Shown here piece by piece: positions 1 through 14,886 of a stretch of 64,000 nucleotides of DNA. Below the pieces are notes generated by a model that had not been told where the DNA came from, ran no database searches, and saw only the letters and a program-made list of their open reading frames with translations. Location: positions 1,178,001-1,242,000 of the forward strand of contig OZ024747.1 in the NCBI GenBank assembly GCA_964016885.1, given 5' to 3'. The position numbers and the translations under genes are program-made. This DNA comes from Eledone cirrhosa. Taxonomy: Eukaryota. Every line of letters begins with the position of its first letter. Within the stretch, counting starts at the first letter, position 1.

Positions 1-249
1 TCCTTCTATCCCCCTCTTTTACCATCTCTTCCCTCCAATTTCTAGATATCTGTATCAACCACCTTTACTACACCTTTTCAGCCTCCATCTTCTACAAACC
101 CACTAACACCCACACCAAACACTCCATACGCTATCCCAATTCCTCCATCAGCTCTGCAGCCAAAACCATGATTTTCATATCCAGTTTCCTATGGTCTGTC
201 GCTTCATCCAGCAAATATACTGCCCCAACACCTTCATCCAAGCAGCCTC
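1..249 (+). mobile_element. Decayed Penelope-like retroelement RT/thumb remnant
   Basis: Translates as LQFLDICI...SIFYKPTNTH...SIRY, then after a frameshift SQFLHQLCSQNHDF...MVCRFIQQIYCP. This matches the PLE pattern FLD..Y.KPT..H / SIPYSQ.LR..RLCS. Confidence 0.6.
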
Positions 250-476
250 ATATCATCATCATTTTACATCCTTTTCCCTGCTGGCAAGGGTGGGATGGGT
301 CCTATTCAGCACAGCATCTCTCCACTTGTCACAGTCCTTTGTCATCTCCTCCATGAGCTTCAGCGATCTGCTCTCACCACCTCCGCCCATGTTTTTCGTG
401 GTCTACCTCTACCGCATCTTCCTTCTACTAGGATTTCTTGGTACTACTTTACCCAACAGTCATCCTCCATGCACAT
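250..476 (-). mobile_element. RTE-clade LINE 3' fragment (short-UTR family)
   Basis: Reverse complement is homologous to 23141-23371 (GRGRP.KTWAEVVR.D motif) and ends in a (GAT)n tail. Confidence 0.75.
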
Positions 477-769
477 CATATGTCCATATCATATATATAC
501 ACACACATAGTAAAGTGGTTGTGTAAGTGTCACAATAAAAAGCACCCAGCCCTCACTGAAAAGTGGTCATATAGGTGTCACAACAAAAAGCAGCCATCCA
601 AACTGTAAATGTGGTTGGTGTTAGGAAAGGCATCCAACCATAGAAATCAAGCCAAAATCAGTTTTGTATGAGCAAAACATGGTCATCCAACCTGGATCTA
701 TCACAACAAGAGATGACGTTAAATGATGATGATGATGATTATATATATATTTATTTTCACGGAGATATA

Positions 770-870
770 TATCTCTGCATCCTCCAAAGTGACATCGAGC
801 ATCTGGAGATCTTCCTTAATCACATCCAACCATCTGATGCAGGGTCTACTGTGGCACCCCTTCCAATCTG
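770..870 (-). mobile_element. RTE-like LINE C-terminal remnant
   Basis: Minus strand reads SRPCIRWLDVIKEDLQMLDVTLEDA, the RP..RW.D.+..D motif of RTE ORF ends. Confidence 0.55.
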
Positions 871-960
871 CAGCTGAAGATAATGCCAAAGAACAAATAT
901 GTTCTTAGATTAAATGGTCAAATGCTGGTCCTGTTGCCAAGATAAACAATGAGCTACAAA

Positions 961-3900
961 TGTGTTGGTACCATTACTAATGAAGAGAGTGTTGGCACCA
1001 TTACCAATGAAGACAGTGTTGGTACTATTACCAATGAAGACAGTGTTGGTACTATTACCAATGAAGAGAGTGTTGGTACTATTTCCAATGAAGACAGTGT
1101 TGGTACCATTACCAATGAAGACAGTGTTGGTACTATTACCAATGAAGACAGTGTTGGTACTATTACTAATGAAGACAGTGTTGGTACCATTACCAATGAA
1201 GACAGTGTTGGTACTATTACCAATGAAGACAGTGTTGGTACCATTACCAATGAAGAGAGTGTTGGTACTATTTCCAATGAAGACAGTGTTGGTACTATTA
1301 CCAATGAAGAGAGTGTTGGTACTATTTCCAATGAAGACAGTGTTGGTACCATTACCAATGAAGACAGTGTTGGTACTATTACCAATGAAGACAGTGTTGG
1401 TACTATTACTAATGAAGACAGTGTTGGTACCATTACCAATGAAGACAGTGTTGGTACTATTACCAATGAAGACAGTGTTGGTACCATTACCAATGAAGAC
1501 AGTGTTGGTACCATTACCAATGAAGAGAGTGTTGGTACCATTACCAATGAAGACAGTGTTGGTACCATTACCAATGAAGACAGTGTTGGTACTATTACCA
1601 ATGAAGACAGTGTTGGTACCATTACCAATGAAGAGAGTGTTGGTACCATTACCAATGAAGAGAGTGTTGGTACCATTACCAATGAAGAGAGTGTTGGTAC
1701 CATTACCAATGAAGACAGTGTTGGTACTATTACCAATGAAGACAGTGTTGGTACCATTACCAATGAAGAGAGTGTTGGTACTATTACCAATGAAGACAGT
1801 GTTGGTACCATTACCAATGAAGACAGTGTTGGTACTATTACCAATGAAGAGAGTGTTGGTACCATTACCAATGAAGACAGTGTTGGTACTATTACCAATG
1901 AAGACAGTGTTGGTACCATTACCAATGAAGAGAGTGTTGGTACTATTACCAATGAAGACAGTGTTGGTACCATTACCAATGAAGACAGTGTTGGTACTAT
2001 TACCAATGAAGACAGTGTTGGTACCATTACCAATGAAGACAGTGTTGGTACTATTACCAATGAAGACAGTGTTGGTACCATTACCAATGAAGACAGTGTT
2101 GGTACCATTACTAATGAAGAGAGCGTTGGTACTATTACCAGTGAAGACAGTGTTGGTACTATTACCAATGAAGAGAGTGTTGGTACCATTACCAATGAAG
2201 ACAGTGTTGGTACTATTACCAATGAAGACAGTGTTGGTACTATTACCCATGAAGACAGTGTTGGTACCATTACCAATGAAGACAGTGTTGGTACCATTAC
2301 CAATGAAGACAGTGTTGGTACCATTACCCATGAAGACAGTGTTGGTACCATTACCAATGAAGACAGTGTTGGTACCATTACCAATGAAGACAGTGTTGGT
2401 ACCATTACCAATGAAGACAGTGTTGGTACTATTACCAGTGAAGACAGTGTTGGTACTATTACTAATGAAGACAGTGTTGGTACTATTACCAATGAAGACA
2501 GTGTTGGTACTATTACCAATGAAGACAGTGTTGGTACTATTACCAGTGAAGACAGTGTTGGTACTATTACTAATGAAGACAGTGTTGGTACCATTACCAA
2601 TGAAGACAGTGTTGGTACTATTACCAGTGAAGACAGTGTTGGTACTATTACCAATGAAGACAGTGTTGGTACCATTACCAATGAAGACAGTGTTGGTACC
2701 ATTACCAATGAAGAGAGTGTTGGTACCATTACCAATGAAGAGAGTGTTGGTACCATTACCAATGAAGACAGTGTTGGTACTATTACCAATGAAGACAGTG
2801 TTGGTACCATTACCAATGAAGAGAGTGTTGGTACTATTACCAATGAAGACAGTGTTGGTACCATTACCAATGAAGACAGTGTTGGTACTATTACCAATGA
2901 AGAGAGTGTTGGTACCATTACCAATGAAGACAGTGTTGGTACTATTACCAATGAAGACAGTGTTGGTACCATTACCAATGAAGAGAGTGTTGGTACTATT
3001 ACCAATGAAGACAGTGTTGGTACCATTACCAATGAAGACAGTGTTGGTACTATTACCAATGAAGACAGTGTTGGTACCATTACCAATGAAGACAGTGTTG
3101 GTACTATTACCAATGAAGACAGTGTTGGTACCATTACCAATGAAGACAGTGTTGGTACCATTACTAATGAAGAGAGCGTTGGTACTATTACCAGTGAAGA
3201 CAGTGTTGGTACTATTACCAATGAAGAGAGTGTTGGTACCATTACCAATGAAGACAGTGTTGGTACCATTACCAATGAAGACAGTGTTGGTACTATTACC
3301 AGTGAAGACAGTGTTGGTACTATTACTAATGAAGACAGTGTTGGTACTATTACCAATGAAGACAGTGTTGGTACTATTACCAATGAAGACAGTGTTGGTA
3401 CTATTACCAGTGAAGACAGTGTTGGTACTATTACTAATGAAGACAGTGTTGGTACCATTACCAATGAAGACAGTGTTGGTACTATTACCAGTGAAGACAG
3501 TGTTGGTACTATTACTAATGAAGACAGTGTTGGTACCATTACCAATGAAGACAGTGTTGGTACTATTACCAGTGAAGACAGTGTTGGTACTATTACTAAT
3601 GAAGACAGTGTTGGTACCATTACCAATGAAGACAGTGTTGGTACTATTACCAATGAAGACAGTGTTGGTACCATTACCAATGAAGACAGTGTTGGTACCA
3701 TTACCCATGAAGACAGTGTTGGTACCATTACCAATGAAGACAGTGTTGGTACCATTACCAATGAAGAGAGTGTTGGTACTATTACCAATGAAGAGAGTGT
3801 TGGTACTATTACCAATGAAGAGAGTGTTGGTACTATTACCAATGAAGACAGTGTTGGTACCATTACCAATGAAGACAGTGTTGGTACCATTACCAGTGAA

Positions 3901-6900
3901 GACAGTTTGGTACTATTACCAATGAAGACAGTGTTGGTACCATTACCAATGAAGACAGTGTTGGTACCATTACCAATGAAGACAGTGTTGGTACTATTAC
4001 CAATGAAGACAGTGTTGGTACTATTACCAATGAAGACAGTGTTGGTACCATTACCAATGAAGAGAGTGTTGGTACCATTACCAATGAAGACAGTGTTGGT
4101 ACTATTACCAATGAAGACAGTGTTGGTACCATTACCAATGAAGAGAGTGTTGGTACCATTACCAATGAAGACAGTGTTGGTACCATTACCAGTGAAGACA
4201 GTGTTGGTACTATTACCAATGAAGACAGTGTTGGTACCATTACCAATGAAGACAGTGTTGGTACCATTACCAATGAAGACAGTGTTGGTACTATTACCAA
4301 TGAAGACAGCGTTGGTACTATTACCAATGAAGACAGCGTTGGTACCATTACCAATGAAGAGAGTGTTGGTACCATTACCAGTGAAGACAGTGTTGGTACT
4401 ATTACCAATGAAGAGAGTGTTGGTACTATTACCAATGAAGACAGTGTTGGTACCATTACCAATGAAGAGAGTGTTGGTACCATTACCAATGAAGACAGTG
4501 TTGGTACCATTACCAATGAAGAGAGTGTTGGTACTATTACCAATGAAGACAGTGTTGGTACCATTACCAATGAAGAGCGTGTTGGTACTATTACCAATGA
4601 AGACAGTGTTGGTACTATTACCAATGAAGAGAGTGTTGGTACTATTACCAATGAAGAGAGTGTTGGTACCATTACCAATGAAGACAGTGTTGGTACTATT
4701 ACCAATGAAGAGAGTGTTTGTACTATTACCAATGAAGAGAGTGTTGGTACCATTACCAATGAAGACAGTGTTGGTACCATTACCAATGAAGACAGTGTTG
4801 GTACCATTACCAATGAAGACAGTGTTGGTACTATTACCAATGAAGACAGTGTTGGTACTATTACCAATGAAGACAGTGTTGGTACTATTACCAATGAAGA
4901 CAGTGTTGGTACCATTACCAGTGAAGACAGTGTTGGTACTATTACCAGTGAAGACAGTGTTGGTACCATTACCAATGAAGACAGTGTTGGTACCATTACC
5001 AATGAAGACAGTGTTGGTACTATTACCAATGAAGACAGTGTTGGTACCATTACCAGTGAAGACAGTGTTGGTACCATTACCAATGAAGACAGTGTTGGTA
5101 CTATTACCAATGAAGACAGTGTTGGTACCATTACCAATGAAGACAGTGTTGGTACCATTACCCATGAAGACAGTGTTGGTACCATTACCAATGAAGACAG
5201 TGTTGGTACCATTACCAGTGAAGACAGTGTTGGTACCATTACCAATGAAGAGTGTTGGTACTATTACCAATGAAGACAGTGTTGGTACCATTACCAATGA
5301 AGACAGTGTTGGTACCATTACCCATGAAGACAGTGTTGGTACCATTACCAATGAAGACAGTGTTGGTACCATTACCAATGAAGACAGTGTTGGTACTATT
5401 ACCAATGAAGACAGTGTTGGTACTATTACCAATGAAGACAGTGTTGGTACTATTACCAATGAAGACAGTGTTGGTACCATTACCAGTGAAGACAGTGTTG
5501 GTACTATTACCAGTGAAGACAGTGTTGGTACCATTACCAATGAAGACAGTGTTGGTACCATTACCAATGAAGACAGTGTTGGTACTATTACCAATGAAGA
5601 CAGTGTTGGTACCATTACCAGTGAAGACAGTGTTGGTACCATTACCAATGAAGACAGTGTTGGTACTATTACCAATGAAGACAGTGTTGGTACCATTACC
5701 AATGAAGACAGTGTTGGTACCATTACCCATGAAGACAGTGTTGGTACCATTACCAATGAAGACAGTGTTGGTACCATTACCAGTGAAGACAGTGTTGGTA
5801 CCATTACCAATGAAGAGTGTTGGTACTATTACCAATGAAGACAGTGTTGGTACCATTACCAATGAAGACAGTGTTGGTACCATTACCCATGAAGACAGTG
5901 TTGGTACCATTACCAATGAAGACAGTGTTGGTACCATTACAAATGAAGAGAGTGTTGGTACCATTACCAGTGAAGACAGTGTTGGTACTATTACCAATGA
6001 AGACAGTGTTGGTACTATTACCAATGAAGACAGTGTTGGTACCATTACCAATGAAGACAGTGTTGGTACCATTACCAATGAAGACAGTGTTGGTACTATT
6101 ACCAATGAAGACAGTGTTGGTACCATTACCCATGAAGACAGTGTTGGTACCATTACCAATGAAGACAGTGTTGGCACCATTACAAATGAAGAGAGTGTTG
6201 GTACTATTACCAATGAAGACAGTGTTGGTACCATTACCAATGAAGAGAGTGTTGGTACCATTACCAATGAAGACAGTGTTGGTACCATTACGAATGAAGA
6301 GAGTGTTGGTACCATTACCAGTGAAGACAGTGTTGGTACTATTACCAATGAAGACAGTGTTGGTACCATTACCAATGAAGACAGTGTTGGTACCATTACG
6401 AATGAAGAGAGTGTTGGTACCATTACCAGTGAAGACAGTGTTGGTACTATTACCAATGAAGACAGTGTTGGTACTATTACCAATGAAGACAGTGTTGGTA
6501 CCATTACCAATGAAGACAGTGTTGGTACCATTACCAATGAAGACAGTGTTGGTACCATTACCAATGAAGACAGTGTTGGTACCATTACGAATGAAGAGAG
6601 TGTTGGTACCATTACCAGTGAAGACAGTGTTGGTACTATTACCAATGAAGACAGTGTTGGTACTATTACCAATGAAGACAGTGTTGGTACTATTACCAAT
6701 GAAGACAGTGTTGGTACTATTACCAATGAAGAGAGTGTTGGTACTATTACCAGTGAAGAGAGTGTTGGTACTATTACCAATGAAGAGAGTGTTGGTACTA
6801 TTACCAGTGAAGACAGTGTTGGTACCATTACCAATGAAGAGAGTGTTGGTACTATTACTAATGAAGAGAGTGTTGGTACCATTACCAATGAAGAGAGTGT

Positions 6901-9900
6901 TGGTACTATTACCAGTGAAGACAGTGTTGGTACTATTACCAATGAAGAGAGTGTTGGTACTATTACTAATGAAGAGAGTGTTGGTACCATTACCAATGAA
7001 GACAGTGTTGGTACCATTACTAATGAAGAGAGTGTTGGTACCATTACCAATGAAGAGAGTGTTGGTACCATTACCAATGAAGACAGTGTTGGTACTATTA
7101 CCAATGAAGACAGTGTTGGTACCATTACCAGTGAAGACAGTGTTGGTACTATTACTAATGAAGAGAGTGTTGGTACTATTACTAATGAAGAGAGTGTTGG
7201 TACCATTACCAATGAAGACAGTGTTGGTACTATTACCAATGAAGACAGTGTTGGTACCATTACCAATGAAGAGAGTGTTGGTACTATTACTAATGAAGAG
7301 AGTGTTGGTACCATTACCAATGAAGACAGTGTTGGTACTATTACCAATGAAGACAGTGTTGGTACTATTACCAATGAAGAGAGTGTTGGTACTATTACCA
7401 ATGAAGAGTGTTGGTACCATTACCAATGAAGACAGTGTTGGTACCATTACCAATGAAGACAGTGTTGGTACTATTATCAATGAAGAGAGTGTTGGTACTA
7501 TTACCAATGAAGAGAGTGTTGGTACTATTACCAATGAAGAGAGTGTTGGTACCATTACCAATGAAGAGAGTGTTGGTACTATTACCAATGAAGAGAGTGT
7601 TGGTACTATTACCAATGAAGAGTGTTGGTACCATTACCAATGAAGACAGTGTTGGTACTATTACCAATGAAGAGAGTGTTGGTACTATTACCAATGAAGA
7701 GTGTTGGTACCATTACCAATGAAGACAGTGTTGGTACCATTACCAATGAAGACAGTGTTGGTACTATTACCAATGAAGAGAGTGTTGGTACTATTACCAA
7801 TGAAGAGAGTGTTGGTACTATTACCAATGAAGAGAGTGTTGGTACCATTACCAATGAAGAGAGTGTTGGTACTATTACCAATGAAGAGAGTGTTGGTACT
7901 ATTACTAATGAAGAGTGTTGGTACCATTACCAATGAAGACAGTGTTGGTACCATTACTAATGAAGAGAGTGTTGGTACCATTACCAATGAAGACAGTGTT
8001 GGTACTATTACAAATGAAGAGAGTGTTGGTACCATTACCAATGAAGACAGTGTTGGTACTATTACCAATGAAGACAGTGTTGGTACCATTACTAATGAAG
8101 AGAGTGTTGGTACCATTACCAATGAAGACAGTGTTGGTACTATTACAAATGAAGAGAGTGTTGGTACCATTACCAATGAAGGCAGTGTTGGTACTATTAC
8201 AAATGAAGAGAGTGTTGGTACCATTACCAATGAAGACAGTGTTGGTACTATTACCAATGAAGACAGTGTTGGTACTATTACAAATGAAGACAGTGTTGGT
8301 ACTATTACAAATGAAGAGAGTGTTGGTACCATTACCAATGAAGACAGTGTTGGTACCATTACCAATGAAGACAGTGTTGGTACTATTACAAATGAAGACA
8401 GTGTTGGTACCATTACCAATGAAGACAGTGTTGGTACTATTACCAATGAAGAGAGTGTTGGTACCATTACCAATGAAGACAGTGTTGGTACCATTACAAA
8501 TGAAGAGAGTGTTGGTACCATTACCAATGAAGACAGTGTTGGTACCATTACCAATGAAGACAGCGTTGGTACCATTACCAATGAAGACAGTGTTGGTACT
8601 ATTACAAATGAAGAGAGTGTTGGTACCATTACCAATGAAGACAGTGTTGGTACTATTACCAATGAAGACAGTGTTGGTACTATTACCAATGAAGAGAGTG
8701 TTGGTACCATTACCAATGAAGACAGTGTTGGTACCATTACCAATGAAGACAGTGTTGGTACTATTACCAATGAAGACAGTGTTGGTACTATTACCAATGA
8801 AGAGAGTGTTGGTACCATTACCAATGAAGAGAGTGTTGGTACTATTTCCAATGAAGACAGTGTTGGTACCATTACCAATGAAGACAGTGTTGGTACCATT
8901 ACCAATGAAGACAGCGTTGGTACCATTACCAATGAAGACAGTGTTGGTACTATTACAAATGAAGAGAGTGTTGGTACCATTACCAATGAAGACAGTGTTG
9001 GTACCATTACCAATGAAGACAGTGTTGGTACTATTACCAATGAAGAGAGTGTTGGTACCATTACCAATGAAGAGAGTGTTGGTACTATTACCAATGAAGA
9101 CAGTGTTGGTACCATTACCAATGAAGACAGTGTTGGTACCATTACCAATGAAGAGAGTGTTGGTACCATTACCAATGAAGACAGTGTTGGTACCATTACC
9201 AATGAAGACAGTGTTGGTACCATTACCAATGAAGAGAGTGTTGGTACTATTTCCAATGAAGACAGTGTTGGTACCATTACCAATGAAGACAGTGTTGGTA
9301 CCATTACCAATGAAGACAGTGTTGGTACCATTACCAATGAAGAGAGTGTTGGTACCATTACCAATGAAGACAGTGTTGGTACCATTACCAATGAAGACAG
9401 TGTTGGTACTATTACCAATGAAGAGAGTGTTGGTACCATTACCAATGAAGACAGTGTTGGTACTATTACCAATGAAGACAGTGTTGGTACCATTACCAAT
9501 GAAGACAGTGTTGGTACCATTACCAATGAAGACAGTGTTGGTACCATTACCAATGAAGACAGTGTTGGTACCATTACCAATGAAGACAGTGTTGGTACTA
9601 TTACCAATGAAGACAGTGTTGGTACCATTACCAATGAAGACAGTGTTGGTACCATTACCAATGAAGACAGTGTTGGTACCATTACCAATGAAGACAGTGT
9701 TGGTACCATTACCAATGAAGACAGTGTTGGTACTATTACCAATGAAGAGAGTGTTGGTACCATTACCAATGAAGACAGTGTTGGTACTATTACCAATGAA
9801 GACAGTGTTGGTACCATTACCAATGAAGACAGTGTTGGTACCATTACCAATGAAGACAGTGTTGGTACCATTACCAATGAAGACGGTGTTGGTACCATTA

Positions 9901-12900
9901 CCAATGAAGACAGTGTTGGTACTATTACCAATGAAGACAGTGTTGGTACCATTACCAATGAAGACAGTGTTGGTACTATTACCAATGAAGAGAGTGTTGG
10001 TACCATTACCAATGAAGACAGTGTTGGTACCATTACCAATGAAGACAGTGTTGGTACTATTACCAATGAAGAGAGTGTTGGTACCATTACCAATGAAGAG
10101 AGTGTTGGTACTATTTCCAATGAAGACAGTGTTGGTACCATTACCAATGAAGAGAGTGTTGGTACTATTACCAATGAAGACAGTGTTGGTACCATTACCA
10201 ATGAAGACAGTGTTGGTACCATTACCAATGAAGACAGTGTTGGTACCATTACCAATGAAGACAGTGTTGGTACCATTACCAATGAAGACAGTGTTGGTAC
10301 CATTACCAATGAAGACAGTGTTGGTACTATTACCAATGAAGAGAGTGTTGGTACCATTACCAATGAAGACAGTGTTGGTACCATTACCAATGAAGACAGT
10401 GTTGGTACTATTACCAATGAAGACAGTGTTGGTACTATTACCAATGAAGAGAGTGTTGGTACCATTACCAATGAAGACAGTGTTGGTACCATTACCAATG
10501 AAGACAGTGTTGGTACTATTACCAATGAAGACAGTGTTGGTACTATTACCAATGAAGAGAGTGTTGGTACCATTACCAATGAAGACAGTGTTGGTACCAT
10601 TACCAATGAAGACAGTGTTGGTACCATTACCAATGAAGACAGTGTTGGTACCATTACCAATGAAGACAGTGTTGGTACCATTACCAGTGAAGAGAGTGTT
10701 GGTACCATTACCAGTGAAAACAGTGTTGGTACCATTACCAATGAAGAGAGTGTTGGTACCATTACCAATGAAGACAGTGTTGGTACTATTACCAATGAAG
10801 AGAGTGTTGGTACCATTACCAATGAAGACAGTGTTGGTACTATTACCAATGAAGAGAGTGTTGGTACCATTACCAATGAAGACAGTGTTGGTACTATTAC
10901 CAATGAAGACAGTGTTGGTACTATTACCAATGAAGAGAGTGTTGGTACTATTACCAATGAAGACAGTGTTGGTACTATTACCAATGAAGAGAGTGTTGGT
11001 ACTATTACCAATGAAGACAGTGTTGGTACTATTACCAATGAAGACAGTGTTGGTACTATTACCAATGAAGAGAGTGTTGGTACCATTACCAATGAAGACA
11101 GTGTTGGTACTATTACCAATGAAGAGAGTGTTGGTACCATTACCAATGAAGACAGTGTTGGTAATATTACCAATGAAGACAGTGTTGGTACTATTACCAA
11201 TGAAGAGAGTGTTGGTACCATTACCAATGAAGAGAGTGTTGGTACTATTACCAATGAAGACAGTGTTGGTACCATTACCAATGAAGACAGTGTTGGTACC
11301 ATTACCAATGAAGACAGTGTTGGTACCATTACCAATGAAGACAGTGTTGGTACTATTACCAATGAAGACAGTGTTGGTACTATTACCAATGAAGAGAGTG
11401 TTGGTACCATTACCAATGAAGACAGTGTTGGTACTATTACCAATGAAGAGAGTGTTGGTACCATTACCAATGAAGACAGTGTTGGTACCATTACCAATGA
11501 AGACAGTGTTGGTACCATTACCAATGAAGACAGTGTTGGTACCATTACCAATGAAGACAGTGTTGGTACTATTACCAATGAAGAGAGTGTTGGTACCATT
11601 ACCAATGAAGACAGTGTTGGTACTATTACCAATGAAGAGAGTGTTGGTACCATTACCAATGAAGACAGTGTTGGTACTATTACCAATGAAGACAGCGTTG
11701 GTACCATTACCAATGAAGAGAGTGTTGGTACTATTACCAATGAAGACAGTGTTGGTACCATTACCAATGAAGACAGTGTTGGTACTATTTCCAATGAAGA
11801 GAGTGTTGGTACCATTACCAATGAAGAGAGTGTTGGTACTATTACCAATGAAGACAGTGTTGGTACCATTACCAATGAAGACAGTGTTGGTACCATTACC
11901 AATGAAGACAGTGTTGGTACTATTACCAGTGAAGACAGTGTTGGTACTATAACTAATGAAGACAGTGTTGGTACCATTACCAATGAAGAGAGTGTTGGTA
12001 CCATTACCAATGAAGACAGTGTTGGTACTATTACCAATGAAGACAGTGTTGGTACCATTACTAATGAAGAGTGTTGGTACTATTACCAATGAAGACAGTG
12101 TTGGTACCATTACCAATGAAGACAGTGTTGGTACCATTACCAATGAAGACAGTGTTGGTACCATTACCAATGAAGACAGTGTTGGTACTATTACCAATGA
12201 AGACAGTGTTGGTACCATTACTAATGAAGAGAGTGTTGGTACTATTACCAATGAAGACAGTGTTGGTACCATTACCAATGAAGACAGTGTTGGTACTATT
12301 ACCAATGAAGAGAGTGTTGGTACCATTACCAATGAAGACAGTGTTGGTACTATAACTAATGAAGACAGTGTTGGTACCATTACCAATGAAGACAGTGTTG
12401 GTACCATTACCCATGAAGACAGTGTTGGTACTATTACCAATGAAGACAGTGTTGGTACCATTACCAATGAAGACAGTGTTGGTACTATAACTAATGAAGA
12501 CAGTGTTGGTACCATTACCAATGAAGACAGTGTTGGTACTATTACCAATGAAGACAGTGTTGGTACCATTACCAATGAAGACAGTGTTGGTACCATTACC
12601 AATGAAGACAGTGTTGGTACTATAACTAATGAAGACAGTGTTGGTACCATTACCAATGAAGACAGTGTTGGTACTATTACCAATGAAGACAGTGTTGGTA
12701 CCATTACCAATGAAGACAGTGTTGGTACCATTACCAATGAAGACAGTGTTGGTACCATTACCAATGAAGACAGTGTTGGTACCATTACCAATGAAGACAG
12801 TGTTGGTACTATTACCAATGAAGACAGTGTTGGTACCATTACCAATGAAGACAGTGTTGGTACCATTACCAATGAAGACAGTGTTGGTACTATAACTAAT

Positions 12901-14419
12901 GAAGACAGTGTTGGTACTATTACCAATGAAGACAGTGTTGGTACCATTACCAATGAAGAGAGTGTTGGTACCATTACCAATGAAGACAGTGTTGGTACTA
13001 TTACCAATGAAGAGAGTGTTGGTACCATTACCAATGAAGACAGTGTTGGTACCATTACCAATGAAGAGAGTGTTGGTACCATTACCAATGAAGACAGTGT
13101 TGGTACTATAACTAATGAAGACAGTGTTGGTACCATTACCAATGAAGACAGTATTGGTACCATTACCAATGAAGACAGTGTTGGTACCATTACCAATGAA
13201 GACAGTGTTGGTACTATAACTAATGAAGACAGTGTTGGTACCATTACCAATGAAGACAGTGTTGGTACTATTACCAATGAAGACAGTGTTGGTACCATTA
13301 CCAATGAAGACAGTGTTGGTACCATTACCAATGAAGACAGTGTTGGTACTATAACTAATGAAGACAGTGTTGGTACCATTACCAATGAAGACAGTGTTGG
13401 TACTATTACCAATGAAGACAGTGTTGGTACCATTACTAATGAAGAGAGTGTTGGTACTATTACCAATGAAGACAGTGTTGGTACCATTACCAATGAAGAC
13501 AGTGTTGGTACCATTACCAATGAAGACAGTGTTGGTACCATTACTAATGAAGAGAGTGTTGGTACTATTACCAATGAAGACAGTGTTGGTACCATTACCA
13601 ATGAAGACAGTGTTGGTACCATTACCAATGAAGAGAGTGTTGGTACTATTACCAGTGAAGACAGTGTTGGTACCATTACCAATGAAGAGAGTGTTGGTAC
13701 TATTACCAGTGAAGAGTGTTGGTACTATTACCAGTGAAGACAGTGTTGGTACCATTACCAATGAAGAGAGTGTTGGTACTATTACCAGTGAAGAGAGTGT
13801 TGGTACCATTACCAATGAAGAGAGTGTTGGTACTATTACCAGTGAAGACAGTGTTGGCACCATTACCAATGAAGACAGTGTTGGTACTATTACCAATGAA
13901 GACAGTGTTGGTACCATTACCAATGAAGACAGTGTTGGTACTATTACCAGTGAAGACAGTGTTGGTACCATTACCAATGAAGACAGTGTTGGTACTATTA
14001 CCAGTGAAGAGAGTGTTGGTACTATTACCAGTGAAGACAGTGTTGGTACCATTACCAATGAAGAGAGTGTTGGTACTATTACCAATGAAGACAGCGTTGG
14101 TACTATTACCAATGAAGAGAGTGTTGCTACCATTACCAGTGAAGACAGTGTTGGTACTATTACTAATGAAGACAGTGTTGGTACTATTACCAATGAAGAG
14201 AGTGTTGGTACTATTACCAATGAAAACAGCGTTGGTACCATTACGAATGACGAGAGTGTTGGTACCATTACCAATGAAGAAAGTGTTGGTACCATTACCA
14301 ATGAAGACAGTGTTGGTACCATTACCAGTGAAGACAGTGTTGGTACTATTACTAATGAAGACAGTGTTGGTACCATTACCAGTGAAGACAGTGTTGGTAC
14401 CATTACCAATGAAGACAGC
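961..14419. repeat. 27-bp minisatellite, about 500 copies, unit GTGTTGGTAC(C/T)ATTACCAATGAAGA(C/G)A
   Basis: Direct reading. About nine 2-bp deletions shift the phase. It accounts for the giant SVGTITNED / VLVPLPMKT / GNGTNTVFI / VMVPTLSSL ORFs. Confidence 0.99.
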
Positions 14420-14886
14420 TAATTACCCTTACTGTAAGTCAGTGTTTACACCTTCATGAATTCTTGCTCATGATTTGAGCCATAAAGTTGGGTCCTTGAT
14501 AATGATCATGCACAATGATAATGATCATGCACAACCCGAATCTCCCAAAATGGAGTCAGACTCATTGTAAGAGCTTTATCTAACCATTTCATTAAAGCAA
14601 AAATCAGCATTGGCAGTAAAACTGGTAATTCAGTCTTCATTTTCTAGACTCAGCTTCAATGATACAAACCTATCAGCCATTCTCACAGGTGTTTCCAGGA
14701 GTCCTGTGGTAGGTAATGACTATAAACAGAGAAGAAATCCTTTCATTTATCTTCCAAAACCAGTCATCAGTGACAAATATAAAGACATAGATTGAAGATA
14801 TGGAATGCCAGGGAGTTTTGATTCTGTCAAAAATTTTCAGAAATAATGTTGTCCTCAAATAAGTTCATTAATTAAATTATGTCATT

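Noticed and set aside
910-14459. Giant ORFs (up to 1925 aa) as bona fide genes
   Set aside because: They are open in four frames simply because the 27-bp unit lacks stops there. There are no non-repeat domains and frames switch at deletions. Kept only as a hypothesis in findings.
14423-14860. Unique sequence with short ORFs after the array
   Set aside because: No recognisable protein or splice pattern; more likely EXOC4 3' UTR or downstream DNA. The poly(A) site could not be determined.
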